A stretch of 64,000 nt of DNA from Methanobacteriota archaeon (GTDB lineage: Archaea > Methanobacteriota > Methanobacteria > Methanobacteriales > Methanobacteriaceae): positions 32,001 to 96,000 of the forward strand of contig CAWBCJ010000001.1 of NCBI GenBank assembly GCA_963787255.1, in the 5' to 3' direction. The notes under the pieces are model-generated. The model was not told where the DNA came from, searched no databases, and saw nothing but the letters and a program-made list of their open reading frames with translations. Position numbers and translations under genes: made by a program. Below, in pieces: positions 33,566 through 45,090 of the stretch. Positions within the stretch are counted from its first letter, which is position 1. Each line of letters starts with the position of its first letter.

Positions 33566-34528
33566 TTATAAACCAAATGACTTCATAAGAAGCTCAGTGT
33601 TTACATATCCTGCCCGGAACATTTCTCCAGTTCTTAAATCGTTAATAACAACTTCAGCAGGTGCAAACATTCCCTTATCAATTTTGTAGAAATCATATTC
33701 AGCTTCTTTAAACACATCATAAAACGGCTTACCATACCCTGCAGAAGCAGAAGATGGTAACTTATTTGCAATTTCTTCTAAATCATCACCCTCTGCTGAC
33801 TCAATGTAATAATAAGTCCTACCACCAAATAAAACAGCATCATTTGTTTTACCCATAGCTTTAAGCCCATCAGGGTCAACAGGCGCTATTGGAGCAATTC
33901 CAGCTGCATATTTAACCTTATTAACATCAAAACCTAAAGCTTCCATCATTTTATAGGTACCATTTTCCACAACCCTTCCCGCAATTTGAATGGAACCAAC
34001 AATTGATGATGTCGGTGCAACAAGAACAAACACATTCTCTGATGAAACACCACATTCTTTAGCGATTGAATCAGTTACATCAGCACCAGGAAGTTTATCA
34101 GCTTCAAGAGTTAAAATAGCAATATCCGCATCGTCTTCATACCCTATCACTTCATAAGTATGGGCCGGTTTTAAAGCTAATGCCCTTGCAGGTCCGGAAC
34201 CAAGTGCAAAGAAATCCCCAACACTTACAGACCAACCAGCTTTTTGCGCTCCCAGAGTTGAAATTGCTGGAGAATCAGTTTTAATCTTTACAGAAGGTAA
34301 TGCGAATTTTTCTGAGAGATCTCCAGGAATTGAGATTCCAACTTCTGCAAGTCCTCCAAGACATACCTTTGTATAAAGTTCACCTGCTTTTAAGCTTCCG
34401 GGAACGTTTACACCAGCATCTATTACTGTTGAACCGTTTTCAAGCTTCTCAACCATTAAATTTAATCCAGCTGAGTTTTCTATCATTAAGTCTACTGTCT
34501 TTTTTGCTTCAAGATTGACACTTACCAT
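33566..34528 (-). CDS. mch: Methenyl-H4MPT cyclohydrolase
   Basis: MVSVNLEAK, GSGPARALA, MGKTND, DFYKID..MFAPA. Confidence 0.97.
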   Translation of the reverse strand: MVSVNLEAKKTVDLMIENSAGLNLMVEKLENGSTVIDAGVNVPGSLKAGELYTKVCLGGLAEVGISIPGDLSEKFALPSVKIKTDSPAISTLGAQKAGWSVSVGDFFALGSGPARALALKPAHTYEVIGYEDDADIAILTLEADKLPGADVTDSIAKECGVSSENVFVLVAPTSSIVGSIQIAGRVVENGTYKMMEALGFDVNKVKYAAGIAPIAPVDPDGLKAMGKTNDAVLFGGRTYYYIESAEGDDLEEIANKLPSSASAGYGKPFYDVFKEAEYDFYKIDKGMFAPAEVVINDLRTGEMFRAGYVNTELLMKSFGL

Positions 34529-34665
34529 TATTAATTCACCTCAAAAAATGTGTAATATAACTAATATGAATCCAAAATCATGTTATGCTAATATGATTTT
34601 TAGCTTTATTATCATTTAATTAATTTACTATTTTAATTTCTCATATTTTTTACATATAGATTATT

Positions 34666-35343
34666 TTATAATCCTAAAATCTGCTTAGCATCATCAAAAT
34701 TAACTTCATAAATATGCGCGCTTATAGAATGAATAGTAACAGTTCCCACATCTACATTAAGCTTATCTGCAGCATACTTAGCCAAATGGGTCAATCCCAC
34801 AGCGTTCGGGAACCAGGCACCGTATATGTCGTGACTGCGCCATAATGCTGTTGTATGGAGTTTTTCATCCCTTATTTTGAAGTCTACAAGGATCATGCAG
34901 GGCACTTCTTCGGTTTTTGTGTCAATTGTTGGATCCCATGTTACTGATATCGCTCTTCTGGATTCATAGCAATTTTTTAATCTGTCAATAGCTATTTGAA
35001 TTTGATCAATGTCCTCGAAATGCTGTCTCAAACGATTACCGTAGGTGTAAACAAATCCCTGTTTATCTTTGCTTAAAAATTGCTCAGAATAGACTTCAAG
35101 CTTATCACCGCTCCAGAAATATCCTTCAGGCACTCTGATTTCCTGTATTTTGGCTATTTTGTTTAAATAAAATCCTTCAGACATTTTATTTCCAAGTGGA
35201 TTTGTAACTGTAACCAATGTGTTCAATATTTCACGGGTTAATGAGCCTCTTTCGTCCTTAATTTCCTTGCCTTCTTTCATGATCTTTTTTACGAGTGTTT
35301 CCCAGCCGTCTGCTATTTCCTTTACTTCAATTTGAAATGCCAT
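34666..35343 (-). CDS. thyA: Archaeal thymidylate synthase
   Basis: YTYGNRL, SRRA, VPC, RSHD...N, SAHIY. Confidence 0.93.
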   Translation of the reverse strand: MAFQIEVKEIADGWETLVKKIMKEGKEIKDERGSLTREILNTLVTVTNPLGNKMSEGFYLNKIAKIQEIRVPEGYFWSGDKLEVYSEQFLSKDKQGFVYTYGNRLRQHFEDIDQIQIAIDRLKNCYESRRAISVTWDPTIDTKTEEVPCMILVDFKIRDEKLHTTALWRSHDIYGAWFPNAVGLTHLAKYAADKLNVDVGTVTIHSISAHIYEVNFDDAKQILGL

Positions 35344-35393
35344 TTTATATACTCCACCAAATATTCTATAAGTTCTACTTTAATTTTAATTTT

Positions 35394-36350
35394 TTATAAG
35401 TTTTTTACTGCCATAGTCATTGACTTCAATTTTGAAAACGCCGCATCTCTTGATCGCATCCGCATTCCACAGTCTGGATCTGCAAGCATGTTTTCAGCAC
35501 CTATTAACTCAATTCCACGCTTTATAAGGTTTTCTATTTCTTCTTTAGTTTCAATTTTATCTGTTTTTGTATCTAAACATCCGAATCCTATTTTTTTACC
35601 GTTTAAATTATGGTTTTCAAGTAAATCCATATTTTTAGGGATTCCTGCAAATTCACAGTCAATAATGTCCACTTTGAATTTTATAATCTCCTCAAAAATA
35701 TTTCCTACATCTCCGCAAACATGCATTGCTGTAGGAATAGATAAATCTCGGGTTATAATTTCCACTGCTTTTTTAGCGTTTTTTACGTCGACCATACCGG
35801 TAGATAGGAATGGCTCGTCAATTTGGATGTAAACAGCGCCTGCTTTCTCCAAGAATTCTGCTTCTTTTTTTAATGCAGCTGCTAAATCGAGTACTGCATC
35901 TTCTTTTTTATTGTAGAATCCTTCCATTCTTGATGAAAAAACAAGAGTTGATGGTCCTGTAATGATTCCTTTAACGCCTTTAACATTTTCTTCAAGTGTT
36001 TTTTTAGAATTTCCTTTGTAATCTTTGGAAATGCCCTCTGCAACTTTAATTGCGTATTTAAGATCATCAGCACTTATGGATTCATAACTGGGCATTATTT
36101 TTCCCACAACCTTGGTGGTTTTATCTTCAACAGCCATGCCTGGAATCGATTTAGCAAAGATTTCAACCATTCCAGCCCTTACCTGTCCATCGGATATGAT
36201 ATCAATTCCTGCTTCTATTTGATCACGCACTGCAAGTGCTATTGCTGGTTTATATTCATCATAAGTTCCAAAAATGTTGGAAAGTTTTTGAGATAGTGAT
36301 GATGGTCCTTGGGGTAATGCAGGATAGCTTCCGACTACTGTTGTTAACAT
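35394..36350 (-). CDS. metE: Core cobalamin-independent-type methionine synthase (methylcobalamin:homocysteine methyltransferase)
   Basis: TTVVGSYP, SDGQ, QIDEP, HVCG, PDCG. Confidence 0.9.
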   Translation of the reverse strand: MLTTVVGSYPALPQGPSSLSQKLSNIFGTYDEYKPAIALAVRDQIEAGIDIISDGQVRAGMVEIFAKSIPGMAVEDKTTKVVGKIMPSYESISADDLKYAIKVAEGISKDYKGNSKKTLEENVKGVKGIITGPSTLVFSSRMEGFYNKKEDAVLDLAAALKKEAEFLEKAGAVYIQIDEPFLSTGMVDVKNAKKAVEIITRDLSIPTAMHVCGDVGNIFEEIIKFKVDIIDCEFAGIPKNMDLLENHNLNGKKIGFGCLDTKTDKIETKEEIENLIKRGIELIGAENMLADPDCGMRMRSRDAAFSKLKSMTMAVKNL

Positions 36351-36445
36351 AATTGACCTCTAAATGATTATATTCACATGTTTTTTTGTTAATTAATTTT
36401 CTATTCTAAATTTTAATAAAAAAAAATTTTAATTTTATAAACCTT

Positions 36446-37045
36446 TTACATTTTGAATTTCCTTTCGTAATTGGAAACCACAGTTTCATCCTTTTCACGC
36501 TTTTTGGAGGGTTTTTGGAATTCAATATCTCCTTCAATAGCTCGATTTAACAAATTTTCGACTTTACTGGGATGGGGAACATCATAGAGCAGCATTGTGG
36601 TGAAATCATGTCCACTGTATATTTCTATGTCTCCACTTGCTATAATTCTCTCAGTTATGCTCTGTGAAACTTTAATATCTTGAATTTTATCAAAATGGAT
36701 GAAGGATTTATTTTTACGTAGTATACCTTTTTTAGAGATTATTCTAGTATTTGTAATGGTATATGATGTATATTTCCATGAAAGTAAATCCCAGATTGTC
36801 CAGAGGAACAGAATTAGGATAAGTAGCAGTAAAATAATGGTTGCTGCTTCAACAAGTGGAATTTGGATGTAGTTAATTATAAAATTTTGAGCTGTAGCGG
36901 TTAAAGATATTATTGTTCTAAAAAAGTATATAATTAGAAGTATTACAATTAATTTGATGAAAGCTGACTTTAAGTACATTAAAAAGCGTGGTTTCGTTTC
37001 AAAAACCACTTCATCTCCTGAACGAATTTCTTTGGTATTTCTCAT
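36446..37045 (-). CDS. Membrane protein with bacterial PH domain
   Basis: Two TM helices then YTITNTRII.KKG...KIQDI. Confidence 0.85.
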   Translation of the reverse strand: MRNTKEIRSGDEVVFETKPRFLMYLKSAFIKLIVILLIIYFFRTIISLTATAQNFIINYIQIPLVEAATIILLLLILILFLWTIWDLLSWKYTSYTITNTRIISKKGILRKNKSFIHFDKIQDIKVSQSITERIIASGDIEIYSGHDFTTMLLYDVPHPSKVENLLNRAIEGDIEFQKPSKKREKDETVVSNYERKFKM

Positions 37046-37123
37046 TTAAACTTCCTCACAATCTATAATATATTTTAATAATCTAAATATTTTTTGTACA
37101 TTAAAAAAAAGGATTAGAATGTT

Positions 37124-37849
37124 ATGATTACAGAAAGAATAAGGATTGATGAAACCAATATTCTGCTTAAAACGGATTTAATAAATCATGAACTGGGTAG
37201 ATTTATTTTAAAACAGCGTATGGAACTTATAAATTATATACGTAAAAATAGGGAATTTTTAATATCTTTTGAGCCTGTAGAAGTAGATGAAGCACCGTTT
37301 ATTGTTAAAATAATGGCAAGGGCAGGTAAAATTGCTGATGTAGGTCCCATGGCAGCAGTTGCAGGGACAATATCTGAGCTTTCAATGAAATATTTATTGA
37401 ATAAGGAAGCAAAATATGCAATAGTAGAAAATGGGGGAGATATTGCACTTAAAACCAATAAAGACGTTGTGATGGGTCTTTATGCTGGTATGTCATCACT
37501 TTCGGGGCAAATTGGATTTAAAATAAAGCATGAAAAAACTCCAATGGGAATATGCACATCTTCTGGAACCGTAGGTCATTCCATAAGTCTTGGAAAGGCA
37601 GATTCTGTTACGGTATTTGCTGATGAAGCCAGTATTGCAGATGCACTTGCAACCAGCATTGCAAATGAGGCTAAAGGTGATACAGAACAAGATGCTGTAC
37701 AAAATTGTCTTGATAAAGCTGATGATTTTAAATCATATTTTAGGGGAGTTATGATAGTCGTAGGTGAAGCTGCAGGGACTGTGGGGAAAATTCCAAAGCT
37801 TGTAAAAACTGATAAAAAAGTAGTATTGGGCGATTTATTCGACCTATAA
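37124..37849 (+). CDS. UPF0280 / ApbE-like protein
   Basis: [32 protein letters not shown]. Confidence 0.92.
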   Translation: MITERIRIDETNILLKTDLINHELGRFILKQRMELINYIRKNREFLISFEPVEVDEAPFIVKIMARAGKIADVGPMAAVAGTISELSMKYLLNKEAKYAIVENGGDIALKTNKDVVMGLYAGMSSLSGQIGFKIKHEKTPMGICTSSGTVGHSISLGKADSVTVFADEASIADALATSIANEAKGDTEQDAVQNCLDKADDFKSYFRGVMIVVGEAAGTVGKIPKLVKTDKKVVLGDLFDL

Positions 37850-37953
37850 TTAATCTCCATCTAATTTGCACCTATCTAAAAAAATGAATAAACTTTTCCG
37901 AGTATTTTTTTTTAAAAAGGTTTATATAAATGATTTATTAAAAATACAATTCT

Positions 37954-38505
37954 ATGGATTTTATTTCAATATTATTTCTGGCAGTTGCTCTTTCAATGGA
38001 CGCATTCAGCGTTTCTATAACTAGAGGATTGACTTTAAAATGTAATATTAAGTATGCATTGATAATTGCCATCTTTTTTGGGGGATTCCAGGCATTAATG
38101 CCCGTTTTAGGCTGGTTTTCAGGCATGCAGCTGCAGGGCCTTATTTCAACTCTGGCTCCATGGATCGCTTTCATTCTTTTAGCTGCAATTGGATTAAAAA
38201 TGATTTATGAAAGTTTCTCTATAGAAGAAGATGTTTGTAAAGTTTTTTCTCTAAAAGAGTTGTTAATTCTTTCTATTGCTACTAGTATTGATGCATTTGC
38301 GGTTGGTGTAACTTTTGCAATATTAAATACGCCCATAATAACTCCAATTATTGTAATTGGTTTGGTAACTTTTATACTCTCATTTATAGGTGTTTATATT
38401 GGTAAAAATGTGGGACATCTATTTGAAAATAAAATTGAGATATTTGGAGGTTTAATTTTAATAGGAATCGGATTAAAAATACTATTAGAAAACTTATTTA
38501 TTTAA
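37954..38505 (+). CDS. mntP: Manganese efflux pump MntP
   Basis: LSMDAFSVS, ATSIDAFAVG; ATG ~24 nt after TATA suggests a leaderless mRNA. Confidence 0.92.
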   Translation: MDFISILFLAVALSMDAFSVSITRGLTLKCNIKYALIIAIFFGGFQALMPVLGWFSGMQLQGLISTLAPWIAFILLAAIGLKMIYESFSIEEDVCKVFSLKELLILSIATSIDAFAVGVTFAILNTPIITPIIVIGLVTFILSFIGVYIGKNVGHLFENKIEIFGGLILIGIGLKILLENLFI

Positions 38506-38528
38506 AAAGAAAGAATCTCCCCTTTTTT

Positions 38529-39130
38529 TTATCCTCGTATCTTTGAAAAGAAAAATCTAATTAAAATATTGATTAACCCTCCCAAAAGTCCGAATAAAGC
38601 AAGTATTAATATAGGAGCAATCATTTCAAATACAAAAACATTGAAATAAGAAATTTCACTGCTAAACGTTATATTACTCCTAAAAATCAGGAGTATCAAA
38701 CCAGCAATTAAACCTACAATTATCCCATTAAAAACCCTTTCTTCATCACTGCTAGCAACAAGAGATGCTACCAGACCCCCGATTACAATGAGTACTAAAG
38801 CATAATTTTGATCAATTAAAAATAATGGGAATTAGAACTATTAAAATTCCTGTAATTATGGCCAATATTCTTATAATATCCTTTTGAGTGTTTGATTCCT
38901 TTAAATTTTCTTCTTTGGAATTTGAATTACTTTTTTGGTGGAGTTTCTGTATCGCAGTCGGGGCATATGTTTATCTCATTTAAAGGGTCCATTTCTTCAT
39001 CAATATGCGAATTGAAGTTTTGAACGTATCTTAAATTGCCTCCACATTTACAGGATTTAAAATCTTCTGGAGATTCTCCTTCCTTTAGTTTATAGTAACC
39101 GCCGCATTTTTCGCATTTAAGACGAGACAT
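38529..39130 (-). CDS. Zn-ribbon plus membrane-domain protein (frameshifted)
   Basis: CEKCGGYY.L..GE...C.CGG.L, CPDC, then hydrophobic helices in shifted frames. Confidence 0.55.
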
Positions 39131-39264
39131 TCATACACCATTATTATTAAATTATGTATTATATTATTATTTAGACTTCAAATCTAATATAGTTTAAAGC
39201 GATTAATAATTGAAAACGAGGATGAAAAAAAACTAGTTGATTAAAAAAAAGTAGTAATTATTAT

Positions 39265-39324
39265 TAGCCTCAGCTCGCCCATCATTCATCACCAATCAGA
39301 GCTCATAGGGTTCATCATCGGCTA
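39265..39324 (-). ncRNA. Box C/D guide sRNA
   Basis: TAGCC-G-ATGATGA(C)-12 nt-CTGA(D')-TTG-GTGATGA(C')-12 nt-CTGA(D)-GGCTA; 5-bp terminal stem. Confidence 0.93.
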
Positions 39325-39384
39325 AAAAAAATATAATTCGATTTAATAGAATAAAAATATTTGGAAAAAAATAAGGAAATGAGA

Positions 39385-40614
39385 TTAACCGAACATTACG
39401 CCGGCTTCTCTTCCAACTTCTTCGTCTTTTTCAAGTCCTATAATCTTATCAATTGCGTCCATGAAGTCGTTCATTGTAACAATGGATCTTTCTTCCCTTA
39501 TTGCAAACATACCTGATTCTGTACATATTGCTTTAAGGTCAGCACCTGAAGCACCTTCTGCAAGTGATGCAACAAGTCTAAGGTCCACTTCCTCTTCTAA
39601 TGACATGTTTCTAGTGTGGATTTTTAAGATTTCCATTCTACCATCTTCGTTGGGTATTGGTACTTCAATGAACCTGTCGAATCTTCCAGGTCTTAAAAGA
39701 GCTGGATCCAGTATATCTGGCCTGTTAGTTGCTGCAACAATTCCAACATCCCCTCTAGCCTCAAAACCGTCCATTTCCGCTAGAAGCTGCATGAGTGTTC
39801 TTTGAACTTCTCTGTCACCGCTGGTGGAACTTTTAAGTCTCTTTGCTGCAATTGCATCTATTTCATCGATGAAGATTATACTTGGTGCTTTTTCTTTTGC
39901 AAGTTCGAATACACCTCTAACAAGTCTTGCACCTTCACCTATGTATTTTTTAACGAATTCGGATGCTACAATTTTTATAAAAGTTGCATTGGTTTCGTTT
40001 GCAACTGCCTTTGCAAGAAGTGTTTTACCTGTTCCAGGTGGACCATAAAGAAGCACTCCTTTTGGAGGTTCGATTCCAATATTTATAAACAACTCTGGTT
40101 TTTTAAGTGGGAGTTCTACTGTTTCTTTAATTTCAACTACCTGATCTTCAAGCCCGCCTATTCCTTCATAGTTTACTTCAGGCTTTTCTTCAACTTCCAT
40201 ACCTGTTATTAGTGGGTCTTTTTCAGATGGTAAAACATTTACAATGCTAAATGTTTGTTGATTTAAAGCAACCCTTGCACCGGGTTCAAGTGAATTTGTA
40301 TCTAATAAACGTGAATATCCAATTACGAAATGAGGGCCTGTGCTGCTTTTTACTACAAGTTTTCCATCTTCTAACACTTCTGTAATGGTGGCTACTACAA
40401 GTGGTGGAGATTTAAATCGCTCAATTTCTCCTCTAAGGGACTTTACTTCTCTGTCAAGCCTCATCTTTTCATTTTCTACTAAAACTTTGTCTTTTTCTAA
40501 TTTTCTTACTTTCCACATTAGATTTCTTTTTGTTTTAGTATTTTCTTCTTTGAGGAGTTTTATTTCCTTTTTAAGATCTTCAGTTTTCATTATATTTTTG
40601 GACATGTCTTCCAT
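39385..40614 (-). CDS. pan: Proteasome-activating nucleotidase
   Basis: Coiled coil, OB domain, [24 protein letters not shown]-terminal MFG. Confidence 0.97.
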   Translation of the reverse strand: MEDMSKNIMKTEDLKKEIKLLKEENTKTKRNLMWKVRKLEKDKVLVENEKMRLDREVKSLRGEIERFKSPPLVVATITEVLEDGKLVVKSSTGPHFVIGYSRLLDTNSLEPGARVALNQQTFSIVNVLPSEKDPLITGMEVEEKPEVNYEGIGGLEDQVVEIKETVELPLKKPELFINIGIEPPKGVLLYGPPGTGKTLLAKAVANETNATFIKIVASEFVKKYIGEGARLVRGVFELAKEKAPSIIFIDEIDAIAAKRLKSSTSGDREVQRTLMQLLAEMDGFEARGDVGIVAATNRPDILDPALLRPGRFDRFIEVPIPNEDGRMEILKIHTRNMSLEEEVDLRLVASLAEGASGADLKAICTESGMFAIREERSIVTMNDFMDAIDKIIGLEKDEEVGREAGVMFG

Positions 40615-40880
40615 GATCCTTGCTCACTCCTAAAAAATTTTTTTTTTATAACTTTTTTTTTATTTGTAATATTTGATTAATATATAAATAGATCAGTCAT
40701 TATTTTAGTTTTAATAATATTTAAATATTGAGGATATAAATATAATGAAAAAGAATTAATATAACTATTTTAATTTAAAAAAAGATTTATTAAAACAATT
40801 ATATATTCATTAAAAGAGTACTTTTTCTGCAAGTGAAAAAAATTCAATTTATTTATAATGACTAAGTCAAAGGGATTAAC

Positions 40881-41339
40881 ATGAGATGCGAGATATGTGG
40901 AAAGAAAATAATTGGAGATCCAATGAGAACAAAGATAGAAAGCTCTATTATGCTTACCTGTAACGAATGCGCTAAGTTTGGGAAAATACAAAGAGAACCA
41001 CCAAAACCAAAACCCCGCAGACCAATAAATAGAACTCAAAGAAGGAGAGAACCATCAGAAGAAGTTGTTGAAGATTATACTAAATTAATAAGAGATTCCC
41101 GAGAAAAGAAGGGATGGTCTCGTGAAGAACTAGCCGAAAAATTGTATGAAAAGGCTTCTGTTATAAACAGAGTTGAATCTGGAAAAATGGTTCCGGACAT
41201 TAAACTTGCAAGAAAATTGGAAAGAACGCTTCATATAACACTAATTGAAAAATTGGAAGACATTAGCCAGAAGGATATGGATTCTTCTTCTGCTAGAGGC
41301 GCTACTATTGGAGATATAGCTCGAATTAAAAGACATTAA
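40881..41339 (+). CDS. Archaeal MBF1 (Zn ribbon plus HTH)
   Basis: CEICG..CNEC; HTH; TIGD. Confidence 0.92.
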   Translation: MRCEICGKKIIGDPMRTKIESSIMLTCNECAKFGKIQREPPKPKPRRPINRTQRRREPSEEVVEDYTKLIRDSREKKGWSREELAEKLYEKASVINRVESGKMVPDIKLARKLERTLHITLIEKLEDISQKDMDSSSARGATIGDIARIKRH

Positions 41340-41416
41340 AAATAGAACTAATTATTTTTTTTTGGGGGAATAAAAAAAAGGTGATATGAATTTTCGGCTT
41401 TGAAATTCATTACATT

Positions 41417-41773
41417 TTATTTTGATTGTTTATGTGAATAATAACCTTTAAGTGGTGGTGATTGGGTATATATTTGTTTTATTTCCCCGAATTCTTTATA
41501 TTCATCACTTATAACCACTAGATGGGCTGGTGGATGTATTTTTTTTACGTGCATTATACTTTTTGTTGTATCTTCTAAAACTTTTACAATAACCGCTATT
41601 TTACTTTCGGTCCTTATATTTTGTTTAAGAATTCTTTTAGCAAAGTTATCTGCCTGTTTAGGGTTAATTAATTTGGGTTTGCCTGCTATTTTTAAATTAG
41701 CATGCCTTTCTATATCTGCAAGTGCATTTAAAAGTTTTTCTTGTGTGTCTGCACGAATTAAGATTAAAGCCAT
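41417..41773 (-). CDS. DUF356-like protein
   Basis: LIRAD..LADIERHA...IHPPAH. Confidence 0.75.
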   Translation of the reverse strand: MALILIRADTQEKLLNALADIERHANLKIAGKPKLINPKQADNFAKRILKQNIRTESKIAVIVKVLEDTTKSIMHVKKIHPPAHLVVISDEYKEFGEIKQIYTQSPPLKGYYSHKQSK

Positions 41774-41846
41774 TTTTTATCACATTTTTATATTATAAAT
41801 TATATTATATCTTTTTTAAAAAAAATAGTTGAATTATTTTTATAGT

Positions 41847-43101
41847 CTATTTTTTAAATGATTTCATCAAACTGCTTCTAAATAATACAAGCAATATTAA
41901 AATTAGACCTATTGCAGTTTGTATATTCCCAAGTAAGTCCAGAATCGATGAGCTTACTGGTAAATTCCATGGGGGTGCTGATCTACCATTAGGAAGTGGC
42001 TTGAAATATACTCCCACCGCTTTTGAACTTTCTTTAACATTAATATCCTTCGGTTCTACGTAATTAACACCTACCAAAAGCCCATTATCAATTGCATTAT
42101 TGATACTATTTGCTATTTCTACATTACTGTAGCCTTTTTTCCTAACGGATAATGCAACAATTTCTTGAGTTGTTTCTCTAATACCAAGTTCATCAGAACC
42201 ATATACAGATACCTGTACCGATTGACCGGTTACTGTAATTGCACTAGACAGGGCGTCATAAGCGTAAATAGTTTTTAAAGCGGTTCCATCATTTGGACAA
42301 ACTTGATAATTGTCTGCTGCCGGGAAACCAATACTCCAACCGTCTGCAGGGCAGACTTTACTGTACGGAGTGTTCATGGGATAACCAGTTGTATTTAGCT
42401 TTTCAGGAGTGAACATATCCCCTGTAGTTATTCCTGAAGCTAGATTTGTACCCCCACCACCGTATTTTTCACCAGCATCATTGGATATTTCCTTAAAAGC
42501 CTGTCCAAGTATATAAGGGGCAGAATATCCATCTCTTATCATCTTACCTATGTTTACTGCAGTTTCTTGACGCACTTTAGTCGCTGTTCCATACTTAGGA
42601 TTACCATGAGTGTTTCTTAAGTGAATTATAGCTCCTTTTTTCCCTGCAGGTAAAACAGCTAATCCTCCAGAATAAGGAGTTACAGTAATGGTTCCATCGT
42701 TTTCTACTATTACTACATAAGCATCAAATGAACCACCGACTGCAGCTCCCTGGGTGGCACTTCCAACCATTACCCTGATTCCTTGAAATGAACTTGCAGA
42801 AGATGCAGCTGTTGAAGGGTTAGCTCCTGCCTTCAATCTTTTAGTAGTTTCCACAATAGCGCCTAATCGAGCTATGGAATCACCTTCACCTCCTGAAAGA
42901 ACAGCAAAATGGTTGTCTTTTGAAAGTAAAAATGTGGACTGGAACATGTTTTCAGCAAATGACATACTTCCTGCTGCAGCTCCATTAGGGTCTTTTCCTG
43001 TTGGATTCTGTAACAATAACAACGTTAGTTGTTGCTGCTACAGGTCCAATTAGCAGGGTAAGTATAATAATGAATAAAAGTAATTTTTTCATATTTTTCA
43101 T
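41847..43101 (-). CDS. Secreted, C-terminally anchored protein of the cell-wall cluster (frameshift ~43005)
   Basis: Signal peptide ...GPVAA-TTNVVIVT, CPxDG pair, C-terminal TM helix. Confidence 0.75.
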
Positions 43102-43113
43102 CGCTATTTTCCT

Positions 43114-43566
43114 CTATACTTCAGTTGAAGGGTTTACTCCTATTGGAGTTACTTGTAAATTCGAGAAATCCTCTATAACATTTACTGTAACAATTCCCTG
43201 TTCTTTATCAACTTTAACATCTGCAGCCACTATCGGGGTTAATCTTGTACCTGGAATGGTTGTTAATGTTGCAAATTTCTTAGCGTTTTCTATTGCCTCA
43301 TTAAGGGGTAGTTCTCGCTTACCTGTTACAAGGGTGTCTCCTTTGATGTAGCTTCCTGATCTAAAACCTGCCTGTGCTATGTTACTCCTAATTGAATCTG
43401 TTGGAACTACGTCATTTCCTTTTATAATCACTCCAGATATGGGTACGCCCTGATCTGAGTCTACAGATGTGGCATAAGACATATAACCCATTGTTCTTCC
43501 TGAAACAATTAAAAGAAATGCTAGCATTAAAATGATTAATGTATCTCTTCTTATTTTTATGAACAT
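43114..43566 (-). CDS. Membrane-anchored POTRA-like protein
   Basis: TM helix then ISGVIIKGNDVVPTDSI...VTVNVIE. Confidence 0.65.
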   Translation of the reverse strand: MFIKIRRDTLIILMLAFLLIVSGRTMGYMSYATSVDSDQGVPISGVIIKGNDVVPTDSIRSNIAQAGFRSGSYIKGDTLVTGKRELPLNEAIENAKKFATLTTIPGTRLTPIVAADVKVDKEQGIVTVNVIEDFSNLQVTPIGVNPSTEV

Positions 43567-43642
43567 TCTCTTATCTCACATATTAGTTAATGAATTAAAA
43601 TTACATTTGATATTATAACAATTTAAATATTTTTTATAAATA

Positions 43643-45061
43643 TTATAGAAACTCATTTAAAATCTTATTTGCAGGATCCATGCCCTGCGCGCCAATTAAT
43701 AAAATTGTATCTTGGCTTTTTGATAATTTAATTACCTTTTCCAATGCATCATATAGTCTTTTATAAAAGATATAGTTTATCCCTTTTTTTTGAAGTACAT
43801 CTATAAAAACTTTTTTCTCATTGTCATTAACTATGTTTAAATTATCCACAACATCGCTGCTGCTGGTTATAATAAGTTTATAATAGCTATTTTGAAGCCC
43901 TTCTGCAATGGCTTCTGCATTAACTTGATTAATAGCTTCGCCTCTTGAACCTCTAATAGCTGAAACAACGTAAAAATTTCCATTTCCTATTAAGGCAGCG
44001 TTTTTTATTGTGGCTTTTATTCCATCGGGATTATGTGCAAAATCATCTATGATACAAGGATTCTCATTAATTACAGTAAAACGTCTCTTTAAAGGTTTAT
44101 ATGATTTAACAGCCTTTTTAATCACTTCAATACTAACTTTTAAACTTAAAGCAGCCCCTACAGCCGCCATGGTGTTTTGAATGAAGTGATCGCTTTTAAA
44201 GGGAAGATTATCTCTCTTTATACAAATATTTCCTTTATATGAAATTCCTTCATTATTTATGATTATATCTGCATCTTTTCCAAAAAATAGAACTTCGTTA
44301 TCTTGTGATGTGAGATTTTCCATCTTTTTTACAAGTGAATCATCTGCATTTAAAATTAAATGGCCATCTTCTTTTTTTAGTGCTTTTACTGCCCCTGAAG
44401 TTTCTTGAAATGTTTCTTCAATGGAATTCACAAGACCTATATGGTCTAAAGCTACGTTAGTTATAACAACTGTATCTGGATCAATTGCAGATGTCATTAG
44501 GTAGGCATGATCCTTCATTATATTATTAAGCCATCCTTGGACTTCAGAAACTTCTATAACCATTGCTTCTATATTTCCTTTAAATTCGGCAATTTGTTTT
44601 GCGACCATGGGGTCAATTAGGGTGTTAAATTCAGATTTTGAGTCTGTATTGGTGTAGGTATTGTATCCTGCTTCCTTTAGAATGTTGTAAATCATGTGAG
44701 TTGTTGTTGACTTCCCGTTGGTTCCTGTTACCACAATACGCAGTGATTTTTGTGCAAATTTATTAATTGCCCATTTTATGGCAAATGCATTGGCTAGTTC
44801 TATTTTTTCAGTTATTATAAAGGGTAATCCCAATTTTTCTGCAGCTTCAATGGCTTTACCTTTGGGATTTTGAGTTATTATAATTGAAACGCCTTTTTTG
44901 GCTGCAATTTCTACTCCTTTTTCATCTATCCAGTGCCGGATTACTGCATCGTTGTGTTTTGCGTCTTTTAAGATGTTGAAAATACCTTTCATTACTTTAT
45001 CTGGTCCTTTGAGTTTTCCATCTATTTTTTCTGCAATTTCTGATGCTTTAGGTTCATTCAT
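43643..45061 (-). CDS. Mur ligase family protein (pseudomurein)
   Basis: VTGTNGKSTT, TNVALDH, LNADD, DDFAHNP. Confidence 0.92.
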   Translation of the reverse strand: MNEPKASEIAEKIDGKLKGPDKVMKGIFNILKDAKHNDAVIRHWIDEKGVEIAAKKGVSIIITQNPKGKAIEAAEKLGLPFIITEKIELANAFAIKWAINKFAQKSLRIVVTGTNGKSTTTHMIYNILKEAGYNTYTNTDSKSEFNTLIDPMVAKQIAEFKGNIEAMVIEVSEVQGWLNNIMKDHAYLMTSAIDPDTVVITNVALDHIGLVNSIEETFQETSGAVKALKKEDGHLILNADDSLVKKMENLTSQDNEVLFFGKDADIIINNEGISYKGNICIKRDNLPFKSDHFIQNTMAAVGAALSLKVSIEVIKKAVKSYKPLKRRFTVINENPCIIDDFAHNPDGIKATIKNAALIGNGNFYVVSAIRGSRGEAINQVNAEAIAEGLQNSYYKLIITSSSDVVDNLNIVNDNEKKVFIDVLQKKGINYIFYKRLYDALEKVIKLSKSQDTILLIGAQGMDPANKILNEFL

Positions 45062-45090
45062 TTTCTTTCACATAGACATTATTTGTTAGA

